Below, one piece after another: positions 39,097 through 48,375 of a DNA stretch of 64,000 bases. Below the pieces are notes generated by a model. That model made no database searches, was not told where the DNA came from, and was given only the letters and a program-made list of their open reading frames with translations. Each line of letters starts with the position of its first letter. Position 1 is the first letter of the stretch. The translations under genes were made by a program, and so were the position numbers. Source of the stretch: a virus (lineage: Duplodnaviria; Caudoviricetes); IMG/VR virus record IMGVR_UViG_3300046004_001808, positions 7,802-71,801 of that record. The stretch is one strand, 5' to 3'.

Positions 39097-39933
39097 TTAT
39101 GTTATAATTATTTTACTTAAATCATCTTGTAAAAGATAAAATAAATCATCTTGTAAAAGATATGATATAGATGGTGTTGATGTAGGTGTTTGAGTAGGTG
39201 TAGGTGTTTCTGTTGGCGTCGGAGTAGAAGTTTCAGTTGGCGTCGGAGTAGAAGTTTCAGTTGGCGTCGGAGTAGAAGTTTCAGTTGGCGTCGGCGTAGA
39301 AGTTTCAGTTGGCGTCGGCGTAGGTGTTTCAGTTGGCGTCGGAGTAGAAGTTTCAGTTGGCGTCGGCGTAGGTGTTTCAGTTTGAGTAGGCGTAGGAGAA
39401 CTTGTTGTTGTTGTGGTTGTATGATTAATTGTTGTTGTAGTTGTAGTATGATTAATTGTGGTAGTCGTTGTGGTACAAGGACAACATTCTGTAGTTGTTG
39501 TTGTAGTATAAGGACCATTGATACAACAAGGGAATTCTGATACGTAACAACTATCATAAACTAAATCATCAGCAATAAAAGAATCTTGTACATTTATAAA
39601 TAAATCTTCGCGTATTGGTAATATAAGAACTCCATCGGAATTTCTTAACATAAATTGACCAGCGTATCTACCAACTCTATTAGTATCTCTTGGAGTAAAC
39701 TGATAATATATGTAATATTCAGGACCAGCATTCAAGTCAACAAAAGTTTTTTCAACAAACCCTGCAGGTCTTGAACTTATTTTTGGAATACCGGTTTCTA
39801 CATCAACCATTGAGAAGAAAATGGCAGATTCTTCAATCATATCCATAAACTTATTATAGTCGCTTCTTCCGTCTTTAACCACTTGTAATTTTAATACCGG
39901 TAAGGTTGCGTTTTTCTTAATAAAAAAATCCAT
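39097..39933 (-). CDS. BppU-N-like virion protein with a mucin-like Thr/Pro stalk
   Basis: MDFFIKKNATLPVLK...YQF...DT...GRY.GQF...LILP, then CCPCTTTTTT, (TPTPTETS)n and a terminal YLLQDDLFYLLQDD. Confidence 0.65.
   Translation of the reverse strand: MDFFIKKNATLPVLKLQVVKDGRSDYNKFMDMIEESAIFFSMVDVETGIPKISSRPAGFVEKTFVDLNAGPEYYIYYQFTPRDTNRVGRYAGQFMLRNSDGVLILPIREDLFINVQDSFIADDLVYDSCYVSEFPCCINGPYTTTTTTECCPCTTTTTTINHTTTTTTINHTTTTTTSSPTPTQTETPTPTPTETSTPTPTETPTPTPTETSTPTPTETSTPTPTETSTPTPTETSTPTPTETPTPTQTPTSTPSISYLLQDDLFYLLQDDLSKIIIT
39190..39460. repeat. Coding tandem repeats (24-bp TPTPTETS units; duplicated TTTTTTINH)
   Basis: About 7 copies of TTTCAGTTGGCGTCGG(A/C)GTAG(AA/GT)G. Confidence 0.9.
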
Positions 39934-39979
39934 CTATTGTTTTTATTTATAAATACTTTGCTTTACAAAAATAAACAAA

Positions 39980-41662
39980 TTAACTTTCTTTTCTTAATGA
40001 ACCATCATAATGTTCAAATCTATCGTGTTCTGTTGGAGTTAATAGTAATAAGCCAGGTTTAATGTTACCCATGACAGTTTCTTGGTAAACATATGACATT
40101 AAAGTTTGTTCAAAAGGATGAGACCATTTTGTTTCTAAAAAACATTTATAGTTTCCTTCTCTACCAACAACAATTGGCCAATTACACACATAGACCTCAC
40201 CAGTTGCATATGGAAGTCCTTTATAAGACTTAATGTTCTCAAATTTTGTTTTAGGTGAGTTTGCGTCTAATCCATGTTCAGGCAATTTAGGGTTATTAGG
40301 CCAATGTCTTTGTCTGAAATCTTGTGGAACATTATACCAACTCCATTGAGTACTATTATCACCAAAAAACTCGGTAAAATTAAGTTTTAAAAAATCAAAA
40401 TTTTCTTTTTTAATTATTTCTAAAGATTTGTTATATAAATTTGGTACCCATCTATTAAACCCATTTTTACAAGTCTCATTTTTTTTAGGATAAAATGCCA
40501 TATCATCCTCAAACCAAAAATAATAATCGTGATTTGTTTTATCAAAATGGTCAGCAACAAAAATACGACCACCAACTATACCAATGTTATCTTTTTTAAT
40601 GTGTTCAAACCCATATTGTTCACATAGTTCAATATATCTTGGGGTTGTTGTTAAATCAGTTGAATTATTTAATAAATATTTTTTAGGTTTTTCTATAAAA
40701 TCTTTGTCATAATCTAACATAGATTGTATTAACACTTCTAATTGTTTAGGTGAGTTAAATGTTATAACATATAACCCAACATTATCAGTACTTGGTTGTG
40801 TTTTATTATTTTGTATAAAATCTTTTGTGTATTTTTTTAACTCTTCAAAGAACGGCCAAACTAAACCATTACCCTCAATTTCAAATCTATATATTAAATC
40901 TTTATGTTTATAAGAAAGTATTGTAAATAAACATTCGTCGGCACCCATTAACCCTTCTTTTAACGTATCGTGCATTACTGAATAATAATAGTCATTCATT
41001 TGGTGAATGTTATCTTTACTCCCACCAAAAAAACCGCCTCGACACACATAACTAACGTAATCGGTATTACAATAACGAGCCATATCCTTTCTTTCAAATC
41101 CATGAATCTCTACATTACCATCATAAGGATATGATATCTGAATAAATTTATTATTGTTAAATCGAACATAATTTTCCAAATTATCTAATACATTATCGTG
41201 ACTAAAATAACCTCGATTAACCGTATTAGTTAATCCACCATCAACCCAAAAGAAATATTCACTATTAAATGGATTCACAATTGCGGAATCATTTAACATA
41301 AAAAATTTAGTAAACATCATTGGGTTATAATATTTTAACCCGGCTTGAGGAGATTCAGATAACCATCCTGCAAAATTTTTCCAACTATCTTGGATTCTAA
41401 TTTTTTGAATATCTTCAAAAAAAGGATTCCAAACTTCAAAATCCTCAACATTCTTAATAAATATTTTAGTAGGTTTATCGCCTCTAATTTTTAATACTTC
41501 TTCTTCTAATTCTTGGGGAATCCAAATACACATTTGAACATTTGTTTCTAACATTTCAAAAAACTTTGTTTTGTAATTTGAAAAATCTCTTTTACCCCAA
41601 CCATCAAGATTACCGCGACCTAAATCCCAAAGACCGGTAACTATTGTCACATTACTATTCAT
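39980..41662 (-). CDS. HtrL/YibB-family glycosyltransferase-like domain fused to a GT2-like domain
   Basis: VTIVTGLWDLGR...KFFML...NPFNSEYFFWVDGG...GGFFGG...GADE; second domain LYVITFN...YFWFEDD. Confidence 0.72.
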   Translation of the reverse strand: MNSNVTIVTGLWDLGRGNLDGWGKRDFSNYKTKFFEMLETNVQMCIWIPQELEEEVLKIRGDKPTKIFIKNVEDFEVWNPFFEDIQKIRIQDSWKNFAGWLSESPQAGLKYYNPMMFTKFFMLNDSAIVNPFNSEYFFWVDGGLTNTVNRGYFSHDNVLDNLENYVRFNNNKFIQISYPYDGNVEIHGFERKDMARYCNTDYVSYVCRGGFFGGSKDNIHQMNDYYYSVMHDTLKEGLMGADECLFTILSYKHKDLIYRFEIEGNGLVWPFFEELKKYTKDFIQNNKTQPSTDNVGLYVITFNSPKQLEVLIQSMLDYDKDFIEKPKKYLLNNSTDLTTTPRYIELCEQYGFEHIKKDNIGIVGGRIFVADHFDKTNHDYYFWFEDDMAFYPKKNETCKNGFNRWVPNLYNKSLEIIKKENFDFLKLNFTEFFGDNSTQWSWYNVPQDFRQRHWPNNPKLPEHGLDANSPKTKFENIKSYKGLPYATGEVYVCNWPIVVGREGNYKCFLETKWSHPFEQTLMSYVYQETVMGNIKPGLLLLTPTEHDRFEHYDGSLRKES

Positions 41663-41663
41663 A

Positions 41664-44186
41664 TTATTTTTTTCTAATTATACTGGTATAACTCCATTCA
41701 GGTTTAAGTTTAAAAATTTCACACGATTCAATATTTTTTTCAAGATAATCACATTCTTCATCTGTCATATAATCTGAAACTAGTTTACCTGTTTTATTAA
41801 ACATTTCTAACATATCAAGTGTTATCGTATTTTTTTCAGATTTCCATATTGAATTAACATCATTCTTTACACTAACACTTGTATGTAAATCTTCTAATAC
41901 GTACATACCACCACTTTTTATACTTTTAAATAATTTAGCTAAAACAACTTGTTGGTCTTTCATTGCGTGACTTCCATCGTCAATAAATAAATCTATATCC
42001 ACATTATCATTTGAAAACTCGATTAAAGTATTACCAACATTAACATTAAATTCTAATAATTTAACTCGATTAAAATCATCAATATTAGCCCTATTCATTT
42101 CAAAATCAACACCTATTATTTCCGCATTAGTGAAAAATTCTCTCCATATGTTAATTGATTGTCCTTCATGAACACCTAATTCAACAACTTTTTTTGCAGA
42201 TTCTTTGATTTTATCAAATTCAAGTTGATAAACTTTATCAAAAAAATCATGTCCATAATGTTTATCTGTCGTATATTTTTCTGCTAAACCACTTAATTTT
42301 GAATAATCATAATTTTCGTTTATATTAAAAATTTTATTATGAATCTTATCTATTGTTCTATTTTTAATACTACCATACGCATACGCATGAAAAATAAAAT
42401 TATTATCATTATATTTATTCCAATTAAAACTTCTATTTGAAATAATTTTCATTTTACTAACATACTCACCTCTATCTTTATATAAATGAGTTAATGCGGT
42501 TTGGTCCATCCATAATCTGTTAGAATAAAATCCTTCATGATTTAAATCATGTTCACCAACTTCAGGTCTTAATTCACAATCAATAGGTTTTAGGGTTTTA
42601 CAACAAAAAGCCCAATCATTAAGAAATTTTTTACCCCATTCATTATTTTTTATTAAAAATACTCCAGCATTCATTAGACTATGAGTGCTTTCATCTAATG
42701 AGGCAATAAAATTATAATCTTTGTCAATAAATTCTTCAATTCTAATATTAAAATCAGATATTATAGCATCCGTATCTAAAAATAGTATATATTCAGGGTC
42801 AAAATTTTCAATAACGTCTAATATTAACTTTGGTTTGTACCAAGTAGGTGCAGCACCATTTATGTAATCCGTTATTGTTTGATTTGATTTTTCACAAAAA
42901 TATCCATATCCATTTTCATCACAATATTTCTTATTTATTTTTTCAGCAAATGGTCCATGAGTTAAATTACTTGTGTAATATTGTGCGATGTAAATTTTTT
43001 TAATTTTATTTGTTTTTAAAATTCTAATAATTAATCCTTTTTCGTCCGGTTGGATATATTGAGCTTGAGTATATTCTTTAAAATTCACATCATTTAAAAT
43101 TTCATATTCATAATTTAAATTTTTAATCATTTTTAAAATAATATTATAAGTATTTTCATTAGTTATAACACCATCATTTAAACTAAAAAAGATATTAATT
43201 TCACCGTCTTTTACTATTGTTTTAAGTAAATTATTAAATGTGTTTTTAATTTTTAGGTCATGGGGATTTTTGAAATTAAAAACACATAAATTTTGTATAA
43301 CTTCATCACCATATGTTATTGTTCTATCATATATATCAGATATACTTCTAGCATAACCACCATAGTATTCCCAATTATTTTTATCTCGGTCTAACCCATA
43401 CCAAGCACCTGTCTTACCCTCTGTACCACTAACTCTATTAGTATTTAATTCAATACCTGAAGACCATTCATAATTTAGAATAACTTTTCTATTAGTTTTT
43501 AAATTATTATAGTAATTACTAATAATAAAATCACAATAATACATTCGTTTACCCGTTGAATAATGAATTGTTAGATTTTTTTCACCTAAATTATAAAAAG
43601 CAGACATAGTGTCTATTATATGAAATTTAACTTCCGGTATTTTTGAAAAGTGTTGCATTAATGTGGCATCTTCCAAATGATTAGTTTCATCATGTATATT
43701 TAAAATTTCTTCACATATTTTTTTACTGAAGAATATTCCTCCTCCACCACCTTGTCCGGACCATATAATGTCTTTATCAATAATTTCGTTAAAATATTTC
43801 TCTAAAACAAATGAATTAACATAGGTACCATCGTCAACTCTTAAAATATAATCAAATTCTCTATTTTTTAATAACCATGTTATAGCCCCTTGAAGTTTTT
43901 TAACCATATTAGATGGTTTTTTTTGATGATGTAAATAATAATAGTCGTATGTGTCGGTTTCGGTTAAATGTAAAATTTGATTTTTTTCATCAAAAGATAC
44001 TTCCGGATTGTCTCCATCAAAAAAAATAACTTCAATATTTTTATCCTTTAATTTAGATACCCAAGTATCCATACATGGTAATTTTCTAGTTAAATCAGCT
44101 CTATCTGATTGTATTGGGTCAAATGGTATATATAACTTTTCACTCATATAATTTTTTGAAGTGTAGGCCAAGACAATTAATTTCAT
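41664..44186 (-). CDS. Multidomain GT31-like + GT34-like glycosyltransferase + SAM-dependent sugar O-methyltransferase
   Basis: FDYILRVDDGTYV; WYKPKLI...ILFLDTDAII...MNAGVFLIKN...DQTAL; TDK..H...VVELGV..GQS...IDDGSH...GGMYVLEDLHTS. Confidence 0.78.
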   Translation of the reverse strand: MKLIVLAYTSKNYMSEKLYIPFDPIQSDRADLTRKLPCMDTWVSKLKDKNIEVIFFDGDNPEVSFDEKNQILHLTETDTYDYYYLHHQKKPSNMVKKLQGAITWLLKNREFDYILRVDDGTYVNSFVLEKYFNEIIDKDIIWSGQGGGGGIFFSKKICEEILNIHDETNHLEDATLMQHFSKIPEVKFHIIDTMSAFYNLGEKNLTIHYSTGKRMYYCDFIISNYYNNLKTNRKVILNYEWSSGIELNTNRVSGTEGKTGAWYGLDRDKNNWEYYGGYARSISDIYDRTITYGDEVIQNLCVFNFKNPHDLKIKNTFNNLLKTIVKDGEINIFFSLNDGVITNENTYNIILKMIKNLNYEYEILNDVNFKEYTQAQYIQPDEKGLIIRILKTNKIKKIYIAQYYTSNLTHGPFAEKINKKYCDENGYGYFCEKSNQTITDYINGAAPTWYKPKLILDVIENFDPEYILFLDTDAIISDFNIRIEEFIDKDYNFIASLDESTHSLMNAGVFLIKNNEWGKKFLNDWAFCCKTLKPIDCELRPEVGEHDLNHEGFYSNRLWMDQTALTHLYKDRGEYVSKMKIISNRSFNWNKYNDNNFIFHAYAYGSIKNRTIDKIHNKIFNINENYDYSKLSGLAEKYTTDKHYGHDFFDKVYQLEFDKIKESAKKVVELGVHEGQSINIWREFFTNAEIIGVDFEMNRANIDDFNRVKLLEFNVNVGNTLIEFSNDNVDIDLFIDDGSHAMKDQQVVLAKLFKSIKSGGMYVLEDLHTSVSVKNDVNSIWKSEKNTITLDMLEMFNKTGKLVSDYMTDEECDYLEKNIESCEIFKLKPEWSYTSIIRKK

Positions 44187-44860
44187 TTTTTATAATATTT
44201 TTTTATAATTTTATGCGGATTAGTATTTAAATTTTTAATGTCTAAATCATTGTAAAATTTATCAATATGGTTTTCAAATAAAATAGTTTCATTATCTTCT
44301 AACATTTCAATTTGATAATCACTTATTTTATTTATTTCAATTAAATAATTAACAATATCAACTACTTTAATTTTGTTACCTAAAGTAACGTTAATTTTAC
44401 CATTTATTTTTTTATTAATTAAAAAATCAACAATTTTTGGTAAATCTTCAACATCTATTAAATCTCTATAAGTACCGTTTTTTATTTGTATAACTTTTTT
44501 ATTTAATAATGAATTATACATAAATGGTACTAATTGTTTTGTGTTTTTTGTTCTACCAATAATATTAGGTAATCTTAAAATCAAAAAATTATTTGAATTA
44601 TTTTCAATATATGATTCAATAAATAATTTATGCATAACATAATTTGTGTAATCATACCTTAACACACTTAACGTACTAAAATATATTATCAAATTGTTCT
44701 GATTTTTTTTTAAAACTTGTTTTAGTAAATCATATTCTTTTTTATATTTTAAAATATCATTTTCTGTTGAATCCGCAACCCCTGAAGCAAAAACACATAC
44801 AGATTTAAAATTATAATTTTTAAAAGATTCTGCAATCATCCCATCCCCAATTATGTCCAT
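44183..44860 (-). CDS. NAD-dependent epimerase/dehydratase-like protein (short)
   Basis: IIGDGMIA, FASGV, IYFST, YVMHK (YxxxK), LRLPNIIG and RDLIDVED. Confidence 0.78.
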   Translation of the reverse strand: MDIIGDGMIAESFKNYNFKSVCVFASGVADSTENDILKYKKEYDLLKQVLKKNQNNLIIYFSTLSVLRYDYTNYVMHKLFIESYIENNSNNFLILRLPNIIGRTKNTKQLVPFMYNSLLNKKVIQIKNGTYRDLIDVEDLPKIVDFLINKKINGKINVTLGNKIKVVDIVNYLIEINKISDYQIEMLEDNETILFENHIDKFYNDLDIKNLNTNPHKIIKKYYKK

Positions 44861-44863
44861 ATT

Positions 44864-46111
44864 TTATAAATTACCAGTTAATCTATCACACCATCCTTTT
44901 GATGTGCTATAAGGCCATACAACCCAATATTTTGGTTTAGATGTTGTTTGGAAATCTCTCCAAACTTTACAATACCCATCAGGGTCTTTCATCATACCGT
45001 TTATTTCATTGATGTCAGCATCTTTTCTATAAAGAGTTTCATCTTTTTCATCGTGGAATGCAACAACCCAAAATTCGTAATCTTTTTCCGGAACTTGTTT
45101 AAATGAGATATCAATACAATGTTTGAAAATACTAGCGAAACTTGCCAACCATTCTTCTTCAGTCTCAAATATAGTAGGATTTGGTGCGTATTTTTTATCT
45201 AAAGTATATTGTTGAACAGCTCTATTTGAAAATTTAAGACCTGAATAAATTTCATAATCTTTTAATGTTCTTTCAGTTCCAAATCCATACTTACTAAAAT
45301 CCATATTAACTTCTTCACCATCCATTCCAAAAAGTTGTCTATTCTTTTTGTGAGATAACTCATTCTTTTTACCCCACTCTTTATCGTCATCCCATTGTTT
45401 TACCCTACCTTTACGAGTATACTCATGCCAAATAACTGTTTTATGTGGGTGGAATAAATCATATCCGTGAGTAAATGCTCTAACTGCTATGGAAATTTCT
45501 TCACCATGAAAATAAAACTCAGGGTCGTGTTGAACCTCAACACTAAATTGACCTAATGTGAACGCCATGTGAGCAGAATAAAAACGAGAAGTAATTGGTT
45601 GTTTAAGTTTTTCCCACCCCGGAATTGTTTCAGGTAAGAAGAAGACAGCACCTTCTGGTATAAATCTGTCAAACGACATTCTCCATGGGTCTCTAACTCT
45701 CCCTGCCGGGTCATTATCAGGGTCAAATGAAGAAACATATCCTGTTAATAAAGGTTTGTTAAATCCTTTCTTTTGAAGTTGTTTAATCATTTTGATTAAT
45801 GTATCGTCCCAATCTTTTTCAAATCTCATATGAGAATCTATTTGAAGAGTATATTCCTCACCATCGTATAATTGTTGTACTTGATTTCTTGCCCAACAAA
45901 CACCTTTAGCGTCAGAATATAAAACATCCTTAACTCTAAATCGTTTGTCTTTTTTAAATTTCTCTAAATTATCAAACCCATCTTCAGGGTGATATTGGCG
46001 ACATATACCTATTCTTAAGTTCTTAGGTCTTTTAGCATTTTCCAACATACTATCTAATGTTGGAATAAGTTGGGGGTCACGATAGGAAGCTATCTGTACA
46101 AATATTTTCAT
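44864..46111 (-). CDS. GT60-family polypeptide GlcNAc-transferase (Skp1 Gnt1 / trypanosome mucin OGNT-like)
   Basis: IFVQIASYRDP, AKGVCWAR, YTLQIDSHMRF..DWD and FHGEEISIAVRAFTHGYDLFHP...WHEY. Confidence 0.85.
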   Translation of the reverse strand: MKIFVQIASYRDPQLIPTLDSMLENAKRPKNLRIGICRQYHPEDGFDNLEKFKKDKRFRVKDVLYSDAKGVCWARNQVQQLYDGEEYTLQIDSHMRFEKDWDDTLIKMIKQLQKKGFNKPLLTGYVSSFDPDNDPAGRVRDPWRMSFDRFIPEGAVFFLPETIPGWEKLKQPITSRFYSAHMAFTLGQFSVEVQHDPEFYFHGEEISIAVRAFTHGYDLFHPHKTVIWHEYTRKGRVKQWDDDKEWGKKNELSHKKNRQLFGMDGEEVNMDFSKYGFGTERTLKDYEIYSGLKFSNRAVQQYTLDKKYAPNPTIFETEEEWLASFASIFKHCIDISFKQVPEKDYEFWVVAFHDEKDETLYRKDADINEINGMMKDPDGYCKVWRDFQTTSKPKYWVVWPYSTSKGWCDRLTGNL

Positions 46112-46236
46112 TTATCTCTTGTTTTATACAAAAGATAATAATTTATAATTAAATATAAATAATTTTATTTAATTATTATGACGAAATTGAACTTGATATA
46201 ATAGTATGTTTATTTTATTTTATATAATTAAAAAGT

Positions 46237-46320
46237 CTATGTTAAGTTCACACTTTCAACTCCCACTATTGTACAACCATCATCATCCACTATTAACCCT
46301 AATCTACAACCTATCACCAT
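46237..46320 (-). pseudogene. 27-aa remnant resembling the end of the N-terminal domain of the adjacent mucin-like gene
   Basis: MVIGCRLGLIVDDDGCTIVGVESVNLT* compared with [16 protein letters not shown] in 46425-48272. Confidence 0.4.
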
Positions 46321-46424
46321 TTTTTTTTTATTTATCATATCTTATAATTATAAGATATAAGTGTTTTTTGTGTATGTTTTTAATAATATAGGGTCATTAA
46401 AAAACTAATAAAGTTTCGATAATA

Positions 46425-48272
46425 TTATTCTGGACATGTTGTACCTTCATTACATATCCATAATAATACACCAGTAGGGTCAGTTGTTAATAACATGTTA
46501 TAAGTGCTTATAATTTGACTTGTTACAAATGGAGTTTCTAATGATGGGTCTGTATATAGATAACCACCTATAGTTGGTTGCTCATTTATTGGAAGATAAA
46601 CAATTTGGATAGTTGGAGTTCCATCAAGATAACAAACACCAGTATTACAATATGCACTACCAAGCTCTACAGTAAATTGATATGATGTCGGAGTCGCAGT
46701 TGATGTTGGTGTTCCCGTATTTGTTGGTGTATTTGTTGGAGTTTGAGTTGCGGTATTTGTTGGTGTTAATGTTGGTGTATTAGTTGGCGTATTAGTTGGC
46801 GTTAATGTAGGCGTGTTTGTTGGAGTAGGTGTTGGTGGAAGACATTGAGTACAACCACTATATTGACCTTGACCAAAATAATTTATTAAATTTAATGTGT
46901 TCGTACCACCCCAAGTAATGAGAGGGTAAATTGAACCAGCAATTCCTTTAACATTCCAACAATTCCCTAAATTATCAATAACAGTATAAGAATACCAAGT
47001 AGAAAAAGGTCCACTAGTATAAGGTAAATATTCAATCGGTAATACCATTTCAGCGGTTGGTGATGCAGTAGGGTTAGAACAAGGGGCAAGTGACGCTATA
47101 AATGTTGTTTGTGTACTTGTTGGTGTTAATGTTGGTGTAGAAGTTAATGTAGGTGTATTAGTTGGTGTTAATGTTGGAGTATTTGTTGGAGTTTGAGTTG
47201 CGGTATTTGTTGGAGTTAATGTTGGTGTTGGAGTATTTGTTGGAGTTTGAGTTGCGGTATTTGTTGGAGTTAATGTTGGTGTTGGAGTATTTGTTGGAGT
47301 TTGAGTTGCGGTATTTGTTGGAGTTAATGTTGGTGTTGGAGTATTTGTTGGCGTTTGAGTTGCGGTATTTGTTGGAGTTAATGTTGGTGTTGGAGTATTT
47401 GTTGGCGTTTCTGTAGGTGTATTAGTTGGAGTTAATGTTGGTGTAGAAGTTAATGTAGGTGTGTTAGTTGGAGTATTTGTTGGCGTTTCTGTAGGTATAT
47501 TAGTTGGTGTTAATGTTGGCGTAGAAGTTAATGTAGGTGTATTAGTTGGTGTTAATGTTGGCGTAGAAGTTAATGTAGGCGTATTAGTTGGAGTTAATGT
47601 TGGCGTAGAAGTTAATGTAGGTGTATTAGTTGGAGTTAATGTTGGCGTAGATGTTAATGTTGGCGTGTTAGTTGGCGTTAATGTTGGTGTTTGCGTATTT
47701 GTTGGAGTTGATGTTGGTGTAGATGTTAATGTAGGTGTAATAGTCGGAGTATTTGTTGGAGTTGATGTTGGAGTTGGCGTCGGAGTCTCACTTGGTATTG
47801 GTACACAAGTATTATCAATACATATCTCATTAATAATTATGTTTACCCCTACCTCAGCCGATGGTAATCTACCACAATAATATAAGATAGTCCCTGATTG
47901 AATAACGCTGTTTAACACAACGTTATTACATAGGGTTAAACTAAAGTTTAAAGCCCCCGAAGTTGTATTTTCAAATGATATACAATTACAAACAACAACC
48001 ATTGTTGGGGTCGGAGTTGCTGTTGTTGTTGGTGTCGGAGTTGGTGTTCCCGGACAACTTTGTAAAATAAATTCATCACAACCAATTGAATCGGTAACAA
48101 CGACTAAAACTTGGTTAGCCCCATATAGTTCTATTGGAATAGTCAATAAAAGTGTTGGAGGAACAGAAACAACGCCGGTCGCAACCACATAACAATACGT
48201 TAATGTTAAATCACATATTGATATATCAAATGGTGAGTGTCCGTTTAAACTGGTTATTTCTATTACTTGCAT
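46425..48272 (-). CDS. Mucin-like Thr/Pro-repeat virion protein with Cys-containing globular domains
   Basis: About 230 aa of continuous ([12 protein letters not shown]) repeats between small Cys-rich domains. Start moved to the ATG at 48272 (MQVIEITS), which follows a TATTTATT motif. Confidence 0.8.
   Translation of the reverse strand: MQVIEITSLNGHSPFDISICDLTLTYCYVVATGVVSVPPTLLLTIPIELYGANQVLVVVTDSIGCDEFILQSCPGTPTPTPTTTATPTPTMVVVCNCISFENTTSGALNFSLTLCNNVVLNSVIQSGTILYYCGRLPSAEVGVNIIINEICIDNTCVPIPSETPTPTPTSTPTNTPTITPTLTSTPTSTPTNTQTPTLTPTNTPTLTSTPTLTPTNTPTLTSTPTLTPTNTPTLTSTPTLTPTNTPTLTSTPTLTPTNIPTETPTNTPTNTPTLTSTPTLTPTNTPTETPTNTPTPTLTPTNTATQTPTNTPTPTLTPTNTATQTPTNTPTPTLTPTNTATQTPTNTPTPTLTPTNTATQTPTNTPTLTPTNTPTLTSTPTLTPTSTQTTFIASLAPCSNPTASPTAEMVLPIEYLPYTSGPFSTWYSYTVIDNLGNCWNVKGIAGSIYPLITWGGTNTLNLINYFGQGQYSGCTQCLPPTPTPTNTPTLTPTNTPTNTPTLTPTNTATQTPTNTPTNTGTPTSTATPTSYQFTVELGSAYCNTGVCYLDGTPTIQIVYLPINEQPTIGGYLYTDPSLETPFVTSQIISTYNMLLTTDPTGVLLWICNEGTTCPE
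47110..47790. repeat. Coding tandem repeats (54-bp and 42-bp units)
   Basis: [18 protein letters not shown] about x4 and [14 protein letters not shown] about x4-5; the periodicity also shows in the antisense ORFs. Confidence 0.9.
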
Positions 48273-48375
48273 TACAATAAATATAGATAGAATTATTTTA
48301 CCATAAATACTTAACAATTTTAATATTTACTATGGAACTTTATTAGTAATTTATTATTTTTGTAATAAAAAAAAT

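Noticed and set aside
39190-39390. 24-bp repeats (and the 42/54-bp repeats at 47110-47790) as CRISPR arrays
   Set aside because: The units are directly tandem with no unique spacers, have lengths that are multiples of 3, and encode Thr/Pro tracts.
39117-39557. Arg/Leu-rich alternative-frame ORFs (39117-39557 -, 39190-39540 +)
   Set aside because: Shadow frames kept open by the TPTPTETS repeat.
47162-47880. Plus-strand Val/Gly/Leu repeat ORFs
   Set aside because: Antisense shadows of the TPT repeat gene.
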